Below, one piece after another: positions 17,168 to 27,595 of a stretch of 64,000 nt of DNA. Below the pieces are notes generated by a model that made no database searches, was not told the origin of the DNA, and saw nothing but the letters and a program-made list of their open reading frames with translations. The stretch spans positions 96,001 to 160,000 of the forward strand of contig JBPCLP010000025.1 in the NCBI GenBank assembly GCA_051003195.1. Direction: 5' to 3'. Every line of letters begins with the position of its first letter. Position 1 is the stretch's first letter. The position numbers were made by a program, and so were the translations under genes. The stretch is from Candidatus Sumerlaeaceae bacterium. GTDB taxonomy: Bacteria; Sumerlaeota; Sumerlaeia; Sumerlaeales; Sumerlaeaceae.

Positions 17168-19975
17168 TTACCTGAGGTACTCCAGCACCGATCTCATCAA
17201 CTCTGCGCGCGTAATTTCGTCACCTGCGTTTTCAAATGGAAAGGCCAGGAACATCCAGTTGCCGGTTCTTCTATTCGTGCTTCCACCTGCAACGGCAGCC
17301 GCGGAAGCGCCCGCAACTTTGTAGCGCAGCACCTCGCCGCTGCCGCCCAGCGCACCCACGACATCGCTTGGCAACGGATCGCCGAGCCCTTGCTCGTTCC
17401 CGGTGAGGGTGAACTCGGGCACGTTCTGCAACACTCCACCCGGCACGGGCGAAACCACCCGGCTCTGCACGTTCATGCCGCGATACGCCAGGCCGAGCAA
17501 TTGGCGCAGGAACAGGCGATCCTCGTTGCTGGGCACGGACTGCGGAGACGCGCCGTCCATCGCCGCGGCCAGGTGTGCTCCGTTCAGCACCAGCTTGCCG
17601 CCCTGTCGCAGGTAATCGGCAATGAGTGCCTGGGTGGGTGTGGTCAAAATTCCGTTCCGCGGATTCTGGCGTCCGACCGACCAGATCACCAGCGGATAAT
17701 CATTCAATCGGATCTGACCTTCGCCCACGGATCGCGAGTTGCAGCTGTCAAAGCTCACAGCACACGAGGTCAGCGCTTCGGCCGCCGCCTGCATTCTCGG
17801 CGCATTGAGGTGGGTGCGCGGCCGCACGCGCCAGGTAATTTGACCGTGGTCGGCCGGGTTTCCAAATGGGTTATCGATTACCTGCGATTCGTCCGAAGTT
17901 GCATCGAGGTTTGTGATCCCGGCAATTAAAAGTGCGCGCCGCATTGGAACGGTGGTCGCGCCATCGCCCGCCAATGCGGGCAGTACCGAGACCACCTGGG
18001 AAGGCCACGACTCTCCCCCCGCGTTCAGGCCTGTGACGCGAACATAGGTGGGACTACTGCTCGTGACCGGGTCGAGGACCGCCGCGAGTTCACCCTGCGT
18101 CGATTGTCCACCATCGAAACTGTAACCGGTTGCGGAGCGATAGATACGATAATCCGTTGCCGGATCTCCTTCAATTCGCCCGGCGTGACCGGGCTGCCAC
18201 GATACCTGGATGCGTCCATCGGGCAGCGACCGCGCCACGGGGTTTTCCGGTGCGGTCGGCAAAACTCCCAGCGCACTGTTCTTTGCACGCAGAGCCGCGA
18301 ACCAGTTCAGCACGCCGCGAAGCGTGGCGCGCGCCATGTCCATCCGCGCCCTCGGGTCGAGCAGGAACATTGCGTCTTCCGCATTATCGTGAAACGCGAC
18401 CTCCACAATCGTCGCGCACATTTCGTTCTGTATGTAATCTTTGCGGAGCTCGCCGAAAGTTATACCGTTGTACGTGACGCGGTCGCGCGCGGCCCACTTC
18501 GGATACGAGAACGGCGGATCCTCGATCAGTTCCTGGTTTACCTGCGTGCCGATCATCCTCGCCAGCAGTTCCTGGTAATCGGGCCGCTGCTCAGGCGATT
18601 CGTTGAACAGGGCCACACATCCCCGCGACTGTCCCCGGAAGGCATTTGAGTGAAAACTGACGAGCACGCGATCCGTAAAGCTGCCTTCGGTTTCACGGTT
18701 CATGTACGCAGCAGTCCTGGGCGGCGAGGCGATTGTCGCATTTCCGTCGCTGACATTAGAGGAGTAAATTCGGCGGTCTGCGGTCGGGCCAAGGCTTCGC
18801 TCGATCCAGTAACAGTCCGCCTCGTCCTCGCGAATAAAACCAGAGCGTCCAGCGGGCCGCGGAACGTCGCCCACTCCGTTGCCAAACCGAACGGCATCCG
18901 CTACCACCACGTGTTTGCCGTCGTCTTCATAAGGATCGTCGACAACATTGCTTACATCGACGTAGCCCGTATCACCCTTTTCGAACCAGAAACTGCCCAG
19001 CCATACCCATCCCTTGCCGACGCGCCGGTGGTTCACGTGGATCTCCGTCACGGCTCCTGCATGGGCAATACGATACAACTGAGCCGATACACGATCCTCG
19101 CCGTCGCGCGCCCACACATAAACCGGGTAGTCGCCTGATTCGGGGATCCACGGACGGTACCGCGCTACTGCTGTCTCGCTGCGCTGAGCCGTTGCGAACG
19201 CATACGGAACGCGGTCGCGCTTCCCGCCGAAGTAAACCTTCGAGCTGCTTTCCTGCCATTCGCCGTAGAACTTTACCTGCGCGCTGGTGTTGTCGAGAAT
19301 GCGTTCGTTGGGTTGATGGTCCACTGGGCGCAACGGCACAACCGTCGCCCCGGAATTCCAAAGCAGGTGCGCAAAAATATGCATCTGGTCCAGGTTGCCA
19401 AAATCTTCCACGATACCATGGCCAAGGGCACGCTGCGTGTAGTAGATCTGTTTATCGTCATTGTAGGTCCATCCATGGCCCGCCATTGCGAAAACGACTT
19501 TGCCGGAAAAGCTTCCGGTCGGTTGAAATGCGTGCGGCGCCGACATCAGCGGGCTCTGCGTCCGCTGGGCTTCTGCCAGGGGTGATGCCCGCAGCGGTTT
19601 ACCGGGTATTTCGACAAACTTATCCGCGCGTGCTGCATCGACCAGCCACTGCGGCGCTCCAAATCCGGGCGCCGGAACGCTGGGCGGTGTGACAAGAGAG
19701 ATCGTGGTAGCTGATAACCCCTCCGTGTTGATGGGCATGGTAACGGCCGGCGCGAGCGATTCAGTGCCCGTACTCATCGTAATCGTCGCGCTGGTGAGTG
19801 CCTGCTGCGAGAGTCCAACGCCGCAATTCAACAGGTGGGCGATTGTGAATGCCACCACGCCGCCCGCACACCGCTGCGTGAAGTAGTAACTGTGGTTTAG
19901 CTTTCGCACGTTGTCTCGAAACTTGCCCGGCGAGCAGCCAGTGCAATCAATACTAAAAGCGAGCAACGGGCTCAC
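17168..19975 (-). CDS. Secreted N-acetylmuramoyl-L-alanine amidase-like protein with golvesin/CBM-like and Fn3 domains; start uncertain
   Basis: MAGHG, VSFHSNA and IVEVAFHDN amidase_3 motifs; GWVWLGSFWF...VVVADAVRFG domain; YVRVTGLNAGGESWPS. Confidence 0.75.
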   Translation of the reverse strand: MSPLLAFSIDCTGCSPGKFRDNVRKLNHSYYFTQRCAGGVVAFTIAHLLNCGVGLSQQALTSATITMSTGTESLAPAVTMPINTEGLSATTISLVTPPSVPAPGFGAPQWLVDAARADKFVEIPGKPLRASPLAEAQRTQSPLMSAPHAFQPTGSFSGKVVFAMAGHGWTYNDDKQIYYTQRALGHGIVEDFGNLDQMHIFAHLLWNSGATVVPLRPVDHQPNERILDNTSAQVKFYGEWQESSSKVYFGGKRDRVPYAFATAQRSETAVARYRPWIPESGDYPVYVWARDGEDRVSAQLYRIAHAGAVTEIHVNHRRVGKGWVWLGSFWFEKGDTGYVDVSNVVDDPYEDDGKHVVVADAVRFGNGVGDVPRPAGRSGFIREDEADCYWIERSLGPTADRRIYSSNVSDGNATIASPPRTAAYMNRETEGSFTDRVLVSFHSNAFRGQSRGCVALFNESPEQRPDYQELLARMIGTQVNQELIEDPPFSYPKWAARDRVTYNGITFGELRKDYIQNEMCATIVEVAFHDNAEDAMFLLDPRARMDMARATLRGVLNWFAALRAKNSALGVLPTAPENPVARSLPDGRIQVSWQPGHAGRIEGDPATDYRIYRSATGYSFDGGQSTQGELAAVLDPVTSSSPTYVRVTGLNAGGESWPSQVVSVLPALAGDGATTVPMRRALLIAGITNLDATSDESQVIDNPFGNPADHGQITWRVRPRTHLNAPRMQAAAEALTSCAVSFDSCNSRSVGEGQIRLNDYPLVIWSVGRQNPRNGILTTPTQALIADYLRQGGKLVLNGAHLAAAMDGASPQSVPSNEDRLFLRQLLGLAYRGMNVQSRVVSPVPGGVLQNVPEFTLTGNEQGLGDPLPSDVVGALGGSGEVLRYKVAGASAAAVAGGSTNRRTGNWMFLAFPFENAGDEITRAELMRSVLEYLR

Positions 19976-20162
19976 CCCGTCACGTCAGCACGGTTTGAAA
20001 TCTCGAAATTTCCGCCTTTTATATTGCCTAACGACATGCCTGCCGGGGCAAATGCATGGTGCAGGTTACCTATGACCTGCAGAAAGCTGCCTCTGCGTGG
20101 CCCGGCATCCGCCGTGGTCTATCGGTTCAGGCACAACACCGGTCACGAAAGGGTGCTTAAAC

Positions 20163-21521
20163 ATGTCCCGCTATTTTTATCGCTTCACATTCTTCTGTGC
20201 GTTTTATCTACTGTCGTGCGGACCGGCCTTTGCAGCCACGCTGCTTTCGGACACTTTCAGCAGCGCTTCGCTCGACTCCTCAAAATATGCAATTCTCCGC
20301 TCCTCAAATGCGAGCGTCTCGGGCGGATCACTTATCGACGTCGCTAACATCGTGGACATCGGAATGGAAGTGCCGTCCTACTCGGCAAACTTCCCTAATA
20401 CCGTGCAGGTCGACTGCGTCATGAAAATCCCGGATCCTACTATAGCAGCCCGGATCAACAACAGCGTTCCCGAGACCAATGCGGGTTTCCGCGTGGTTGA
20501 AGCCGGCCCGGAGGGAATCGGAATTGAGATTTTTCCATTCAGGGGCGCTTCGGACGTGGACACGCTTAACATCCGCCGCGCCGTGAACTGGGGTAATGAC
20601 GTAAGTGCCAACATCTCGCCGCAGCTTACGCCGAATCAGCTCGTCGTGCTGCGCGGAATTGTGAACGGCGCGAATGTCACGGCCACGCTTTACGACTTCA
20701 ATACCTCGGCTGTGCTGGCCACGCTGGCCACCACCACTGCCACGCTTCAGGTCAACAATACGGCCGGCGCCCTTCGCTTAACGACGTACAACCAGGCGAA
20801 CGTCGAGTTCCTGAGCTGCAAGGCGACCAACACGGCGAACAGCAATGTGCTTATAGATGATACCTTCAATGGCACATCCCTGAACCTGAACAACTGGTGG
20901 CCCGCCGCTACCGATGAAGTGTCGAACGTTTCGCCAAATCCCACCACGGGCACAGCTACACTGATTGGTTACAATGGGACAAACCTGACGGCGCTACTTC
21001 CCACGAAACAGACGTTCTCAAATTTCGAGATGCAGTCCGTGTTCAAGATGAGCCAGCGTGGACCGAACGGCTACGGCAATTTCAGCGTCCAGTTTCGCGA
21101 AACAGACAAGTTCAATGCCTTGTACCAGCTCGCCGTCTTCCCTCAGACCGGAAGTTCAGTCGGCGATGGCGTCACCACTTATACAACTCCGTGTATCGTC
21201 TTACGAAAAGGAACGGCGCCGGGAGCTTACACGAACCTGGGCGGAAAGACAATCAGCGAGCCGACGGACAGCAGTACGCTGGTCGTTAACCTGATTGCCA
21301 ACGGATCCGCGATTAGTTTCTACACGGGTCCCACAAAAACCGCGGGCATTGGGCCGGTAGTATCCGTTACCGATAGCAGCAACACTTCAGGGTTCGTGAA
21401 GTTTACGAATTTTGCACTGACGGCGGTCGACCTGGACGAATACCAGATCGCGACAATCGGTTCAAACATCGTGGCGCCGATTACCACCGCGGCGTCCGAC
21501 GAGTGGATGCTGATGCAATAG
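20163..21521 (+). CDS. Secreted beta-sandwich protein, probably two lectin-like domains, with C-terminal AASDEWMLMQ tail
   Basis: Signal peptide from ATG 20163 (..GPAFA/AT); internal repeat LLSDTFSSASLD / LIDDTFNGTSLN; Thr/Asn/Ser-rich. Confidence 0.65.
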   Translation: MSRYFYRFTFFCAFYLLSCGPAFAATLLSDTFSSASLDSSKYAILRSSNASVSGGSLIDVANIVDIGMEVPSYSANFPNTVQVDCVMKIPDPTIAARINNSVPETNAGFRVVEAGPEGIGIEIFPFRGASDVDTLNIRRAVNWGNDVSANISPQLTPNQLVVLRGIVNGANVTATLYDFNTSAVLATLATTTATLQVNNTAGALRLTTYNQANVEFLSCKATNTANSNVLIDDTFNGTSLNLNNWWPAATDEVSNVSPNPTTGTATLIGYNGTNLTALLPTKQTFSNFEMQSVFKMSQRGPNGYGNFSVQFRETDKFNALYQLAVFPQTGSSVGDGVTTYTTPCIVLRKGTAPGAYTNLGGKTISEPTDSSTLVVNLIANGSAISFYTGPTKTAGIGPVVSVTDSSNTSGFVKFTNFALTAVDLDEYQIATIGSNIVAPITTAASDEWMLMQ

Positions 21522-21639
21522 CATGGGTTGGCACAGCAGGCCAAGCGACGGGCTGCTGCGCAAGCTTCAAACGACGCTGGACAATGGCGCGAACCGCTGC
21601 ACCCCTGTGTACAATAATCGCCATGTGGAGGCCTAAACA

Positions 21640-22026
21640 TTGCCAAAGCGAATAGTGGTAGTGGACGATGAGCCGGACATCCGCACGATGCTGGACATCA
21701 GCCTGAAAAACCAGGGGTACGAGGTGCAGCTGGCGTCCGACGGTGTTGAAGGGCTGGAGCTCATTCGCAAAACACGGCCCGACCTGGCGATACTTGACGT
21801 GAAGATGCCGCGCATGAATGGCTTCGAGCTGCTGGTTGCTATGCGCAACGACGCGCAGCTAAAGGACATGCCCGTGGTGATGCTGACGTCCCTGACAGTC
21901 GGCACCGGAAAGTCGGACGAGCTTTGGCGCCAAAGCCTGGAAATCACCGACTTCCTGTCCAAGCCCTTCGATACACAGGAATTGCTGAGCCGCGTCAACC
22001 GAATCCTGGAGAAACCCGCGGAATAG
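21640..22026 (+). CDS. Single-domain response regulator (receiver)
   Basis: VVDDEP, DLAILDVKMPRMNG, VVMLT, FLSKPF. Confidence 0.93.
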   Translation: MPKRIVVVDDEPDIRTMLDISLKNQGYEVQLASDGVEGLELIRKTRPDLAILDVKMPRMNGFELLVAMRNDAQLKDMPVVMLTSLTVGTGKSDELWRQSLEITDFLSKPFDTQELLSRVNRILEKPAE

Positions 22027-22194
22027 TTCGTGCGCAGCGGCTTCGGGCGTCCATACTGTCTCCGTTTCTCTAGTTGACTTGATCCGGGCCGGGTAACGAC
22101 TATCCGCGGCTTTGTGAAAAATGGCGCAAATACAGCGCCTGCTGCAATGTTGCAGCCTCTTAGTTTGCCAAATTACCCGGAGTCACGCTATTAG

Positions 22195-24207
22195 ATGCTA
22201 AGACAGTTGCGGTCAGCCCACAAAATTCGTAAAGTCATCTGGATCGGGCTGCTGCTTATCGTAATTCCTTCCTTTGTCGCCTTCTATGGTTGGAGCGACT
22301 ACTCCACCACTGCCGGTTCGCAGCCCATGACTGCCGCGAAACTCAAGTTCGGTTTCCTGGACTCAGAAGAGATACACCAGCCAGACATGCAACGCGCCGA
22401 ACAGATGTTGCGCGCGCAGTACATGAATTACTCTCGAAACCAGAACATGACGCTGGAGCCCGCCGCCATTGATAAACTGGCCGGATCGCGCGAGATTCTC
22501 GACCAGGCAATCAACGTCGAGATTCTGCGCCACTACGCCAAGGAACATGGCATCGTCGTCGAACCGCAAGACGCAGTCGACGAACTCGCGAAAGCCTATC
22601 CCCCGGATCGCCGCGCCATGGTCGAGCAGGAGCTCAAGCGCCAGGGCATGACGTTTGGCCAGTTCCTGGAACAGATTCAGAATGGCATGCTGTTGCAGCG
22701 CGTGAGGGACACTCTGACCGCCCAGACACGCGTTACACATTATGAAGCCTGGCTCGACTACCTGCTAAAAAACGAGCGTCTCCTGGTCGACTTCGTGCGC
22801 TTCGACGCCGCAGACTACACGACGAGCGTCACCGTAGACGAGAAGGAGCTTCAGGATTACTTTGCGAAAAACATCAAGAAGTACCACGTCCGGGAACAGG
22901 TGAAGTACTCCTACCTGATCGTCCGCAAGGATGACTTAAAAAGCAGCCTGACCCTTACCGAAGACGAGGTCACTTCGTATTACCAGAGCAACCAGGAAGA
23001 GTTCCGTTTGCCGCGCACAGCCGACATTCGTCAAATCATGATCAAAAAGCCGGGGCGCGAAGCGGGCTCCACCGCTGAAGAACTGACTTCAGCCACTGAA
23101 GCAGCCCGTGCGAAGGCCAGCGACATTTACCAGCGGATCGTAAAAGGCGAAGACTTTGCAACGCTGGCAGACCAGTATAATGAGGAAACCCGCGTACCGC
23201 CACGCGAGGATAGCGATACAACTGCAACCGACAGAATGACCACCGCCGGCGGATTTCTCGGAACGGTTTCCGAGGTGCGCATGAAAACCTTCTACGGGGA
23301 AGACTGGACCAGTGCCGTGTTCAACCTGAAGCCGGGCGCAATCAGCCAACCGGTTGATAGTCCGCGTGGCTTCTTCGTGCTCAAGCTTGAATCCTTGAAA
23401 GAGGGGCTTGTTCAGCCGCTCGATGTAGTAAAGAGCGAGGTGGAGGATAAGGTCCGCACAGAAAAGGTTGAGCCGGTATTCGAGGATGTAGGCAATCAGC
23501 TTCGCGATGTCGCCGAAAAAGGTGCTACCCTGCAACAACTTGCGCAGGAAACCTCAAGGACTGTCGAGTTCACCCCGAAAGTGGACAAGCGCGCAGAGTT
23601 CATACCCGGCGTAGGGTTACTGGGCGAGTTCAAGGAAGCGGTGCAGGACCTGCAAAAGGGTGGCCGCAGCGAGGTAATGTCCGACCAGGCACGCCACCTT
23701 GTCATGGAGGTTCAGGAAGAGTTCCCAGATCACGATCCGCCGCTCGACGAAGTTCGCGAGCAGGTGGTGCAGGGCTATAAGGAAAGCAAGGCGCGGGAGC
23801 TCGCCAAGGCAGCGGCGGAATCCGTCAAGGTCAAGGCTACGAGCGTGGAAGCACTCAAGCAGGCCGTGGTTGACGCTGGCTCGACCGTTTCTCGGACACG
23901 CCCATTTACCCGGCCCGAGGCTCCAACGGTACTCGGCCCTGTGCAGAACTTTACTGAAATTGCCGGCGGGTTGCGTAAAGGTGCGATTTCACTCAGCCCG
24001 CTTGGTTCTGAGGATGCTGCACAGGGTTACATTGTCTGGCACCTCGCAGAAGTCACGGAACCCTCGAAGGCGGAATTTGCGAAGCAGCTCGCGAAGATCA
24101 GCCAGGACTTACTGGCTCACAAGCGTGAGATCCTGCTCCTGGAGTTTTTGCGCGATCGGCGGAAGCAGTTAAAGGACGATATCGAAATCTCCAAAGCGTA
24201 CCGCTGA
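22195..24207 (+). CDS. ppiD: PpiD/SurA-like periplasmic folding chaperone (parvulin)
   Basis: N-terminal TM anchor, SurA-N-like region, GEDFATLADQY...GGFLG...ISQPVDSPRGFFVLK. Confidence 0.8.
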   Translation: MLRQLRSAHKIRKVIWIGLLLIVIPSFVAFYGWSDYSTTAGSQPMTAAKLKFGFLDSEEIHQPDMQRAEQMLRAQYMNYSRNQNMTLEPAAIDKLAGSREILDQAINVEILRHYAKEHGIVVEPQDAVDELAKAYPPDRRAMVEQELKRQGMTFGQFLEQIQNGMLLQRVRDTLTAQTRVTHYEAWLDYLLKNERLLVDFVRFDAADYTTSVTVDEKELQDYFAKNIKKYHVREQVKYSYLIVRKDDLKSSLTLTEDEVTSYYQSNQEEFRLPRTADIRQIMIKKPGREAGSTAEELTSATEAARAKASDIYQRIVKGEDFATLADQYNEETRVPPREDSDTTATDRMTTAGGFLGTVSEVRMKTFYGEDWTSAVFNLKPGAISQPVDSPRGFFVLKLESLKEGLVQPLDVVKSEVEDKVRTEKVEPVFEDVGNQLRDVAEKGATLQQLAQETSRTVEFTPKVDKRAEFIPGVGLLGEFKEAVQDLQKGGRSEVMSDQARHLVMEVQEEFPDHDPPLDEVREQVVQGYKESKARELAKAAAESVKVKATSVEALKQAVVDAGSTVSRTRPFTRPEAPTVLGPVQNFTEIAGGLRKGAISLSPLGSEDAAQGYIVWHLAEVTEPSKAEFAKQLAKISQDLLAHKREILLLEFLRDRRKQLKDDIEISKAYR

Positions 24208-24320
24208 TTTTTATTGAAGGCGATCTACGCCGCATTTAGAGCAACGTGGGTATCATACGTCACGGCTGGCAAAGCCATTCTAATTGCGAGGCTTAGGCAC
24301 TGTTAAACGTTCAGGCAATC

Positions 24321-26864
24321 GTGGTCAAAAACCTTAGTTCTGCTAAATTAAGGAAGGTTCTTTTTGAGCAGCACCTGTGGACTCGGGTGTTCCTGTGCCT
24401 GATCGCCTGTAATCTGTGTGCGGGCAGGATTGCTGCGCAAGCTGCGTTTCCTACTGCCGATAACCAGGTTCAACACCACGTTCTTCCGACCGACGAGGAG
24501 TCTGCTGCGCCGATGGAAGACCCGGATGGTGTTGTCATGCGGGAACGTACGCCCGCGGACGACCAGAAGATCGCGCGCGATCAGGCGGCGAAGGCACGTA
24601 AGAGTGCGGCAACAAAGCCTGTGACGTCAACGGATCCGCTGCTCAGCGAGATTTCCGATGCTCCGGTCGTTAAGGAAATCGAAGTTGCCGGCCTGGACGG
24701 ACCTGACCTGCGTCGCGCCATGCGCGCGCTCGTGACGCGCGAAGGCGAACCACTTAACCCCGACAAGCAGCGCGAAGACATAAAGAACCTGTACGAAGTT
24801 GGCTCCTTCCGCCCGGACATCCAGGTGGAAGCCGAGGAACTGGACGGCGGGGTGAAGTTGCGTTACCTGGTTGAGCCGAACCCAAAAGTCGGAGCCATCA
24901 ACGTCACGGGGAACGTCAAAGTACCCACCAAGAAACTGCTGGCAGAGCTGCCTGTGAAAGCCGGCGAAACTTACACGGTGCAGGCGCAAAACAAGATCCG
25001 CGAAACACTTGCCCGCTACTATGAAGAACGCGGATATGGTGACGCCGCCGTTCACGTGGAAGAGCGCCCGGGTCCCGCGAACACCGTCGATCTCGGTATT
25101 TCACTGGACGAAGGCACCAAGACAAAAATCCGCAACCTCGTCATCCGCGGCAACGAGCACGTTGGTGATCTCGGGCTGAAGTTGCGCGCCAGCAACAAGG
25201 GTTCGTGGGGTCCTTTTAAGCATTACTACAACGAAGCCAAGTTTGAAGACGACCTGAATGTGGTGCGGGCGGTGATGGCAAATCATGGCTACCTGGATGC
25301 CGATGTGCGGCGCGGCGAGTTCGCTTACGCGGAGGACCGCAGCTGGGTAGACCCTGTTATCGAGGTGAGCGAGGGTCCGTGCTATAAGTTCGGGCGCCTC
25401 GAAGCACGCGGCTATTCCGTGTACTCGAGGGACGAAGTGCTGGAAGGCTTTCGTCCTCTGCAAGGCCAGGTCTATAGCCCGGCCGAATTCGAGAAGCGAG
25501 CCGAGCGTGTAAAGAACATGTACGGGGACGAGGGATTTCTCAACTGCTCAATCGAGCCGAACCTCCACAAAGACCCGAACACCGGAACTGTCGACGTGGA
25601 CCTGGATATTACGGAGGGATCACGCATCTACGTAGGCGATGTGAAGGTAGTGGCGGACACCTACGCGGAAGATAAAGAGCAGAGCTGGCTGCGCCGTGCG
25701 TACAGCAAAGTTTCTCCTCCGGTTAAGGACGAGGTCGTTCGTCGCGAAGTGCGGATGCGGCCCGGCCAGGTTTACCGTCGATTTGATGAAGTGCGCACGA
25801 AGGAGCGCCTGCGCGCGCTGAACGTTTTTGAAGACGTAAAGGTGCAGGAGCAGATGACGGACGATCCAAACGTCCACGACTGCGTTGTACAGGTTGAACA
25901 GGGCAACACCGGCAACCTGATATTCGGCGTGGGCTTTGGCGACGTCGAGGGCGGCTTCCTCTACGGCAACTACATCGAGCATAACCTGTTCGGCCTCGCG
26001 CGAGACTTGCGAATCTCCGCACTCGTGGGTTCAAAGGCAATCAGCGGCGAAGTCTCCTACCTAGACCGCTACTTCATGGGCAGCGATATAGCGGCCCAGT
26101 TCACCGCGTTCCATCGTCGCTACGACCGCACTGGCGCGTTCCGGCAGACTAATACCGGAGTTACGGCGGAGTTCACGCGTCCGCTTTCCGAATGCCTGAA
26201 AGACAGCGTGCGGCTGCGTCTGGAGAGCATCGGCTATGATATCAGCGCAGCGCGGCAGCCCGATGAGGAATTGCGCGACTACGTTGCCGCAACAATTCGC
26301 TACAAGCTTTGTCATGACACGCGCGACGATACGTTCTTCCCGACTTACGGGCACGTGGCGGCAGCCAGTTTCGAGACCGGCGCTGCCGATGGCTTCCTCG
26401 CAAAGCTTGAAGGGCAGTACGCCCAATACTGGCAGATGTGTGACAGCTGGGTGCTGGCGAACAACACCGTGGCAGGCTTGATGCCGTACGACGCGACGCG
26501 CATCGGCTATGCGGACCGATTCTTCCTCGGCGGCGCAAGCGATCTGCGCGGATTCCGCGTTGCGGGCGCTGGCCCACATGATGGCCGAAATCACTCGATC
26601 CCGCTGGGCGGCTCGACAAAGCTGCTGAACCAGACCGAGGCACGCCACCTGTTCACCGACAATCTTGCCGGTGTGCTCTTTGCTGACGTCGGCATGCTTG
26701 GACGCAAGCCGTTTGAAATTGGCTCGCCCCGGGCTTCCATCGGTACGGGTGTTCGCCTGCGGCTGCCCATGGCTTCCGTCAGCCTTGATCTGGCGGTGCC
26801 GGTCATCAGCCACGACGACGACCAGACTCAAATCTTCCACTTCAACCTGACCTCAGCCTTCTAA
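24321..26864 (+). CDS. bamA: Outer membrane protein assembly factor BamA
   Basis: POTRA repeats, RFFLGG..DLRGF motif, FADVG, terminal Phe. Confidence 0.88.
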   Translation: MVKNLSSAKLRKVLFEQHLWTRVFLCLIACNLCAGRIAAQAAFPTADNQVQHHVLPTDEESAAPMEDPDGVVMRERTPADDQKIARDQAAKARKSAATKPVTSTDPLLSEISDAPVVKEIEVAGLDGPDLRRAMRALVTREGEPLNPDKQREDIKNLYEVGSFRPDIQVEAEELDGGVKLRYLVEPNPKVGAINVTGNVKVPTKKLLAELPVKAGETYTVQAQNKIRETLARYYEERGYGDAAVHVEERPGPANTVDLGISLDEGTKTKIRNLVIRGNEHVGDLGLKLRASNKGSWGPFKHYYNEAKFEDDLNVVRAVMANHGYLDADVRRGEFAYAEDRSWVDPVIEVSEGPCYKFGRLEARGYSVYSRDEVLEGFRPLQGQVYSPAEFEKRAERVKNMYGDEGFLNCSIEPNLHKDPNTGTVDVDLDITEGSRIYVGDVKVVADTYAEDKEQSWLRRAYSKVSPPVKDEVVRREVRMRPGQVYRRFDEVRTKERLRALNVFEDVKVQEQMTDDPNVHDCVVQVEQGNTGNLIFGVGFGDVEGGFLYGNYIEHNLFGLARDLRISALVGSKAISGEVSYLDRYFMGSDIAAQFTAFHRRYDRTGAFRQTNTGVTAEFTRPLSECLKDSVRLRLESIGYDISAARQPDEELRDYVAATIRYKLCHDTRDDTFFPTYGHVAAASFETGAADGFLAKLEGQYAQYWQMCDSWVLANNTVAGLMPYDATRIGYADRFFLGGASDLRGFRVAGAGPHDGRNHSIPLGGSTKLLNQTEARHLFTDNLAGVLFADVGMLGRKPFEIGSPRASIGTGVRLRLPMASVSLDLAVPVISHDDDQTQIFHFNLTSAF

Positions 26865-26888
26865 GTGGTCCGGCATAAAGGATTCCCA

Positions 26889-27575
26889 ATGAAGCAGTTT
26901 GTCACCCTTTGCATATTCCTGTGCCTTGTTTGCGTTGCAGGCGCGGCCGATACCAAAATTGCCTATGTCGACATCGAGAAGGTTACCGGTAAGGCGAAAG
27001 CAATCAACAGCGCTCTCTCGACGGTCGGCGATAAAGTCAAAAAGTACCAGAACGACATTGAGTCCAAACGCAAAAAGATCCGCGACCTTGAAGACGATGT
27101 GAAGCGCACCGAAGGAGTGTTGTCTCGCGACGAGGTCGATAAAAAACGCAAAGAGATCAACACGCTGAACAACGAAATCGACGACCTTGTGCTGCAGGGA
27201 CGCCGCGAGATGCAGCGAGTCGACGACACTTTTTATTCCCCCCTTCTGAAGAAGATCATTTACGCCATCCAGGACGTCGCCGCCGAGAAGGACATCGATA
27301 TCGTCCTGCGCGGGGAAGTCGTACTGTACGGCAAGGACACCGCCGACATTACCAACGATGTGATTCGGAAGCTGAACGAGGACGATAGCGCTTCCACTGC
27401 TGCCAGAACAGAGAAGAAGACTGAAACACCGGCGAAGCCCGCAGACACCACCGCCAAGCCCACCGAGTCGGCAAGCCCGGCAGCCGCAAACGTTGTGGTG
27501 CCGGAAACACCCGCAAAGCCAAAGCCGACGAAAACGCCTGCCTCCGCGCGACCGGTTGACCGCCAGCCTGACTGA
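26889..27575 (+). CDS. skp: OmpH/Skp chaperone with Pro/Ala/Thr-rich tail
   Basis: Signal peptide, KIAYVD, coiled coil, DITNDVIRKLN; directly follows bamA. Confidence 0.88.
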   Translation: MKQFVTLCIFLCLVCVAGAADTKIAYVDIEKVTGKAKAINSALSTVGDKVKKYQNDIESKRKKIRDLEDDVKRTEGVLSRDEVDKKRKEINTLNNEIDDLVLQGRREMQRVDDTFYSPLLKKIIYAIQDVAAEKDIDIVLRGEVVLYGKDTADITNDVIRKLNEDDSASTAARTEKKTETPAKPADTTAKPTESASPAAANVVVPETPAKPKPTKTPASARPVDRQPD

Positions 27576-27595
27576 TCGCCTGCCCCGCTAGCGGA

